Positions 62,701 through 64,000 of a stretch of DNA of 64,000 nucleotides are shown here, piece after piece. The first letter of the stretch is position 1, and every line of letters begins with the position of its first letter. A program made the translations under genes and the position numbers. This DNA is from Octopus vulgaris (Eukaryota). Location of the stretch: assembly GCA_951406725.2 (NCBI GenBank), contig OX597817.1, positions 141,050,001-141,114,000 on the forward strand. The letters run 5' to 3'. The notes under the pieces are model-generated. The model was not told the DNA's origin, did no database searches, and saw only the letters and a program-made list of their open reading frames with translations.

Positions 62701-64000
62701 GGTGCTTTTTACATGCCATCAGTACAGGGGCCAGAGGAGGCTAGCAATGTCCACAATTGGTTGGTGGTTTTTACGTGCCACCGGCACGGATGCCAGTCAA
62801 GGCAGCGCTGGCATCGGCCACGTTTGGATGGTGTTTTTTTACATGTCACCAGCACGGGTATCACAACTACAATTTCTATTTGATTTTTATTTTGATGTTG
62901 ATTATATTTTTTAAAAATCCCTTTCTACTCCCAAATCATTCAAGTCAGTTCTTATTTGGAATAATTGACTTTTCAGAGGCATTAGAGGACCTGTGTCTCA
63001 TTCATACACCCCCATTTTTGGTATGGTACTGGAAAAGCTAGCTGCAATGTGAGTCTGTGCGGTTAAGAAGCTTGCTTCCCACCCATGTGACCTTGAGTTC
63101 AGTCCCACTGCATAGCACCTTGGGCAAGTGTTTTCTACTCTAGCCTTAGGCTGACCAAAGCTTTGTGAAAAAAGTTCGTCATTCATCAGCTTTATCATAT
63201 ATTTAACATCCAGTTTTCCATGCTTGCTTGGGTTGGCCAGAATTTTATCAAGGTGGATTTACACAGCCTGATGTCCATCTTGTCACCAAATCTTATCTGT
63301 TTCTAAGCAAGTTAATATTTCCCCATGATCTGATGTGATGTCAAAGCAACACACACACACACGCACACACACAGAGTCACACAAATATACATACATACAT
63401 ACAGACATCATCATCATCATCATTTAACATCCACTTTCCATGCTGGCATAAGTTGGACAGTTTCACTGAGGACTGGCAAGCCAGGAGGCTACACCAGGTT
63501 CCAATCTATTCTGGCAAGGTTTCTACAGCTGGATGCCTTTTCTAATGTCAACCATTCCAAGAGTGTAGCAGGTGTTTTTACATGCCACCGGCACAGGGGC
63601 TAGTCAGGCAGCACTGACATTGGCCACACTATGACCCGGCGTTGCTGGGTCATAGTGCTAGTCTAAACTAATTTGAGAGGTAATACAGTATCCACCAAGA
63701 TCACTTATCCCTTCTATACTCTCTCTCTCTAATTACATAAATGTGAATAATTTACTAAACTACTTATGAAGTAACCAACATGATAAAATTTGCCTCATTA
63801 AATTTATATTAAGATCTCACTGAGCTGAGTTAATTAGTTATCCAATTAACATACAATTATATATCTCTCTACTCCTAGTATTTGAAACCTTGTGTAGATG
63901 TAATCTAAATCTGTTTAGTCAATTCTCATGCAAAAAAAAAAAAAAATTTTTATTTGTAACTCTGAAGAAAAGAAGCAACAGGATGTGGTGGAGGCCTAGA

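Overview
This is AT-rich, repeat-dense animal genomic DNA, most likely from a coleoid cephalopod such as Octopus; that is inferred from the SINE/RTE/microsatellite make-up and is not proven. One host gene can be rebuilt by hand on the minus strand. Four coding exons (58887-58908, 48556-48636, 28551-28621, 20148-20327) have GT-AG junctions and matching phases and give a 118-aa N-terminus resembling ECT2/pebble (RhoGEF, BRCT0 region). Its start codon sits beside a compact CHR/MYB/CCAAT/ETS motif cluster typical of G2/M genes. Nearly everything else is intronic transposon debris: RTE LINEs and about 30 of their (GAT)n-tailed 3' ends carrying a 61-bp hairpin minisatellite, R4/Dong-like elements in (TAA)n arrays, three tRNA-like SINE families, a nested piggyBac, piggyBac/hAT/Mutator-or-Merlin MITEs, a CsRn1-type Gypsy remnant and Penelope-like remnants. 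The most striking unannotated structure is at 44.3-45.6 kb: three hammerhead-ribozyme motifs, two of them embedded in a near-perfect 316-bp inverted repeat inside the ECT2 intron. Most entries in the supplied ORF track are spurious readings of repeats.
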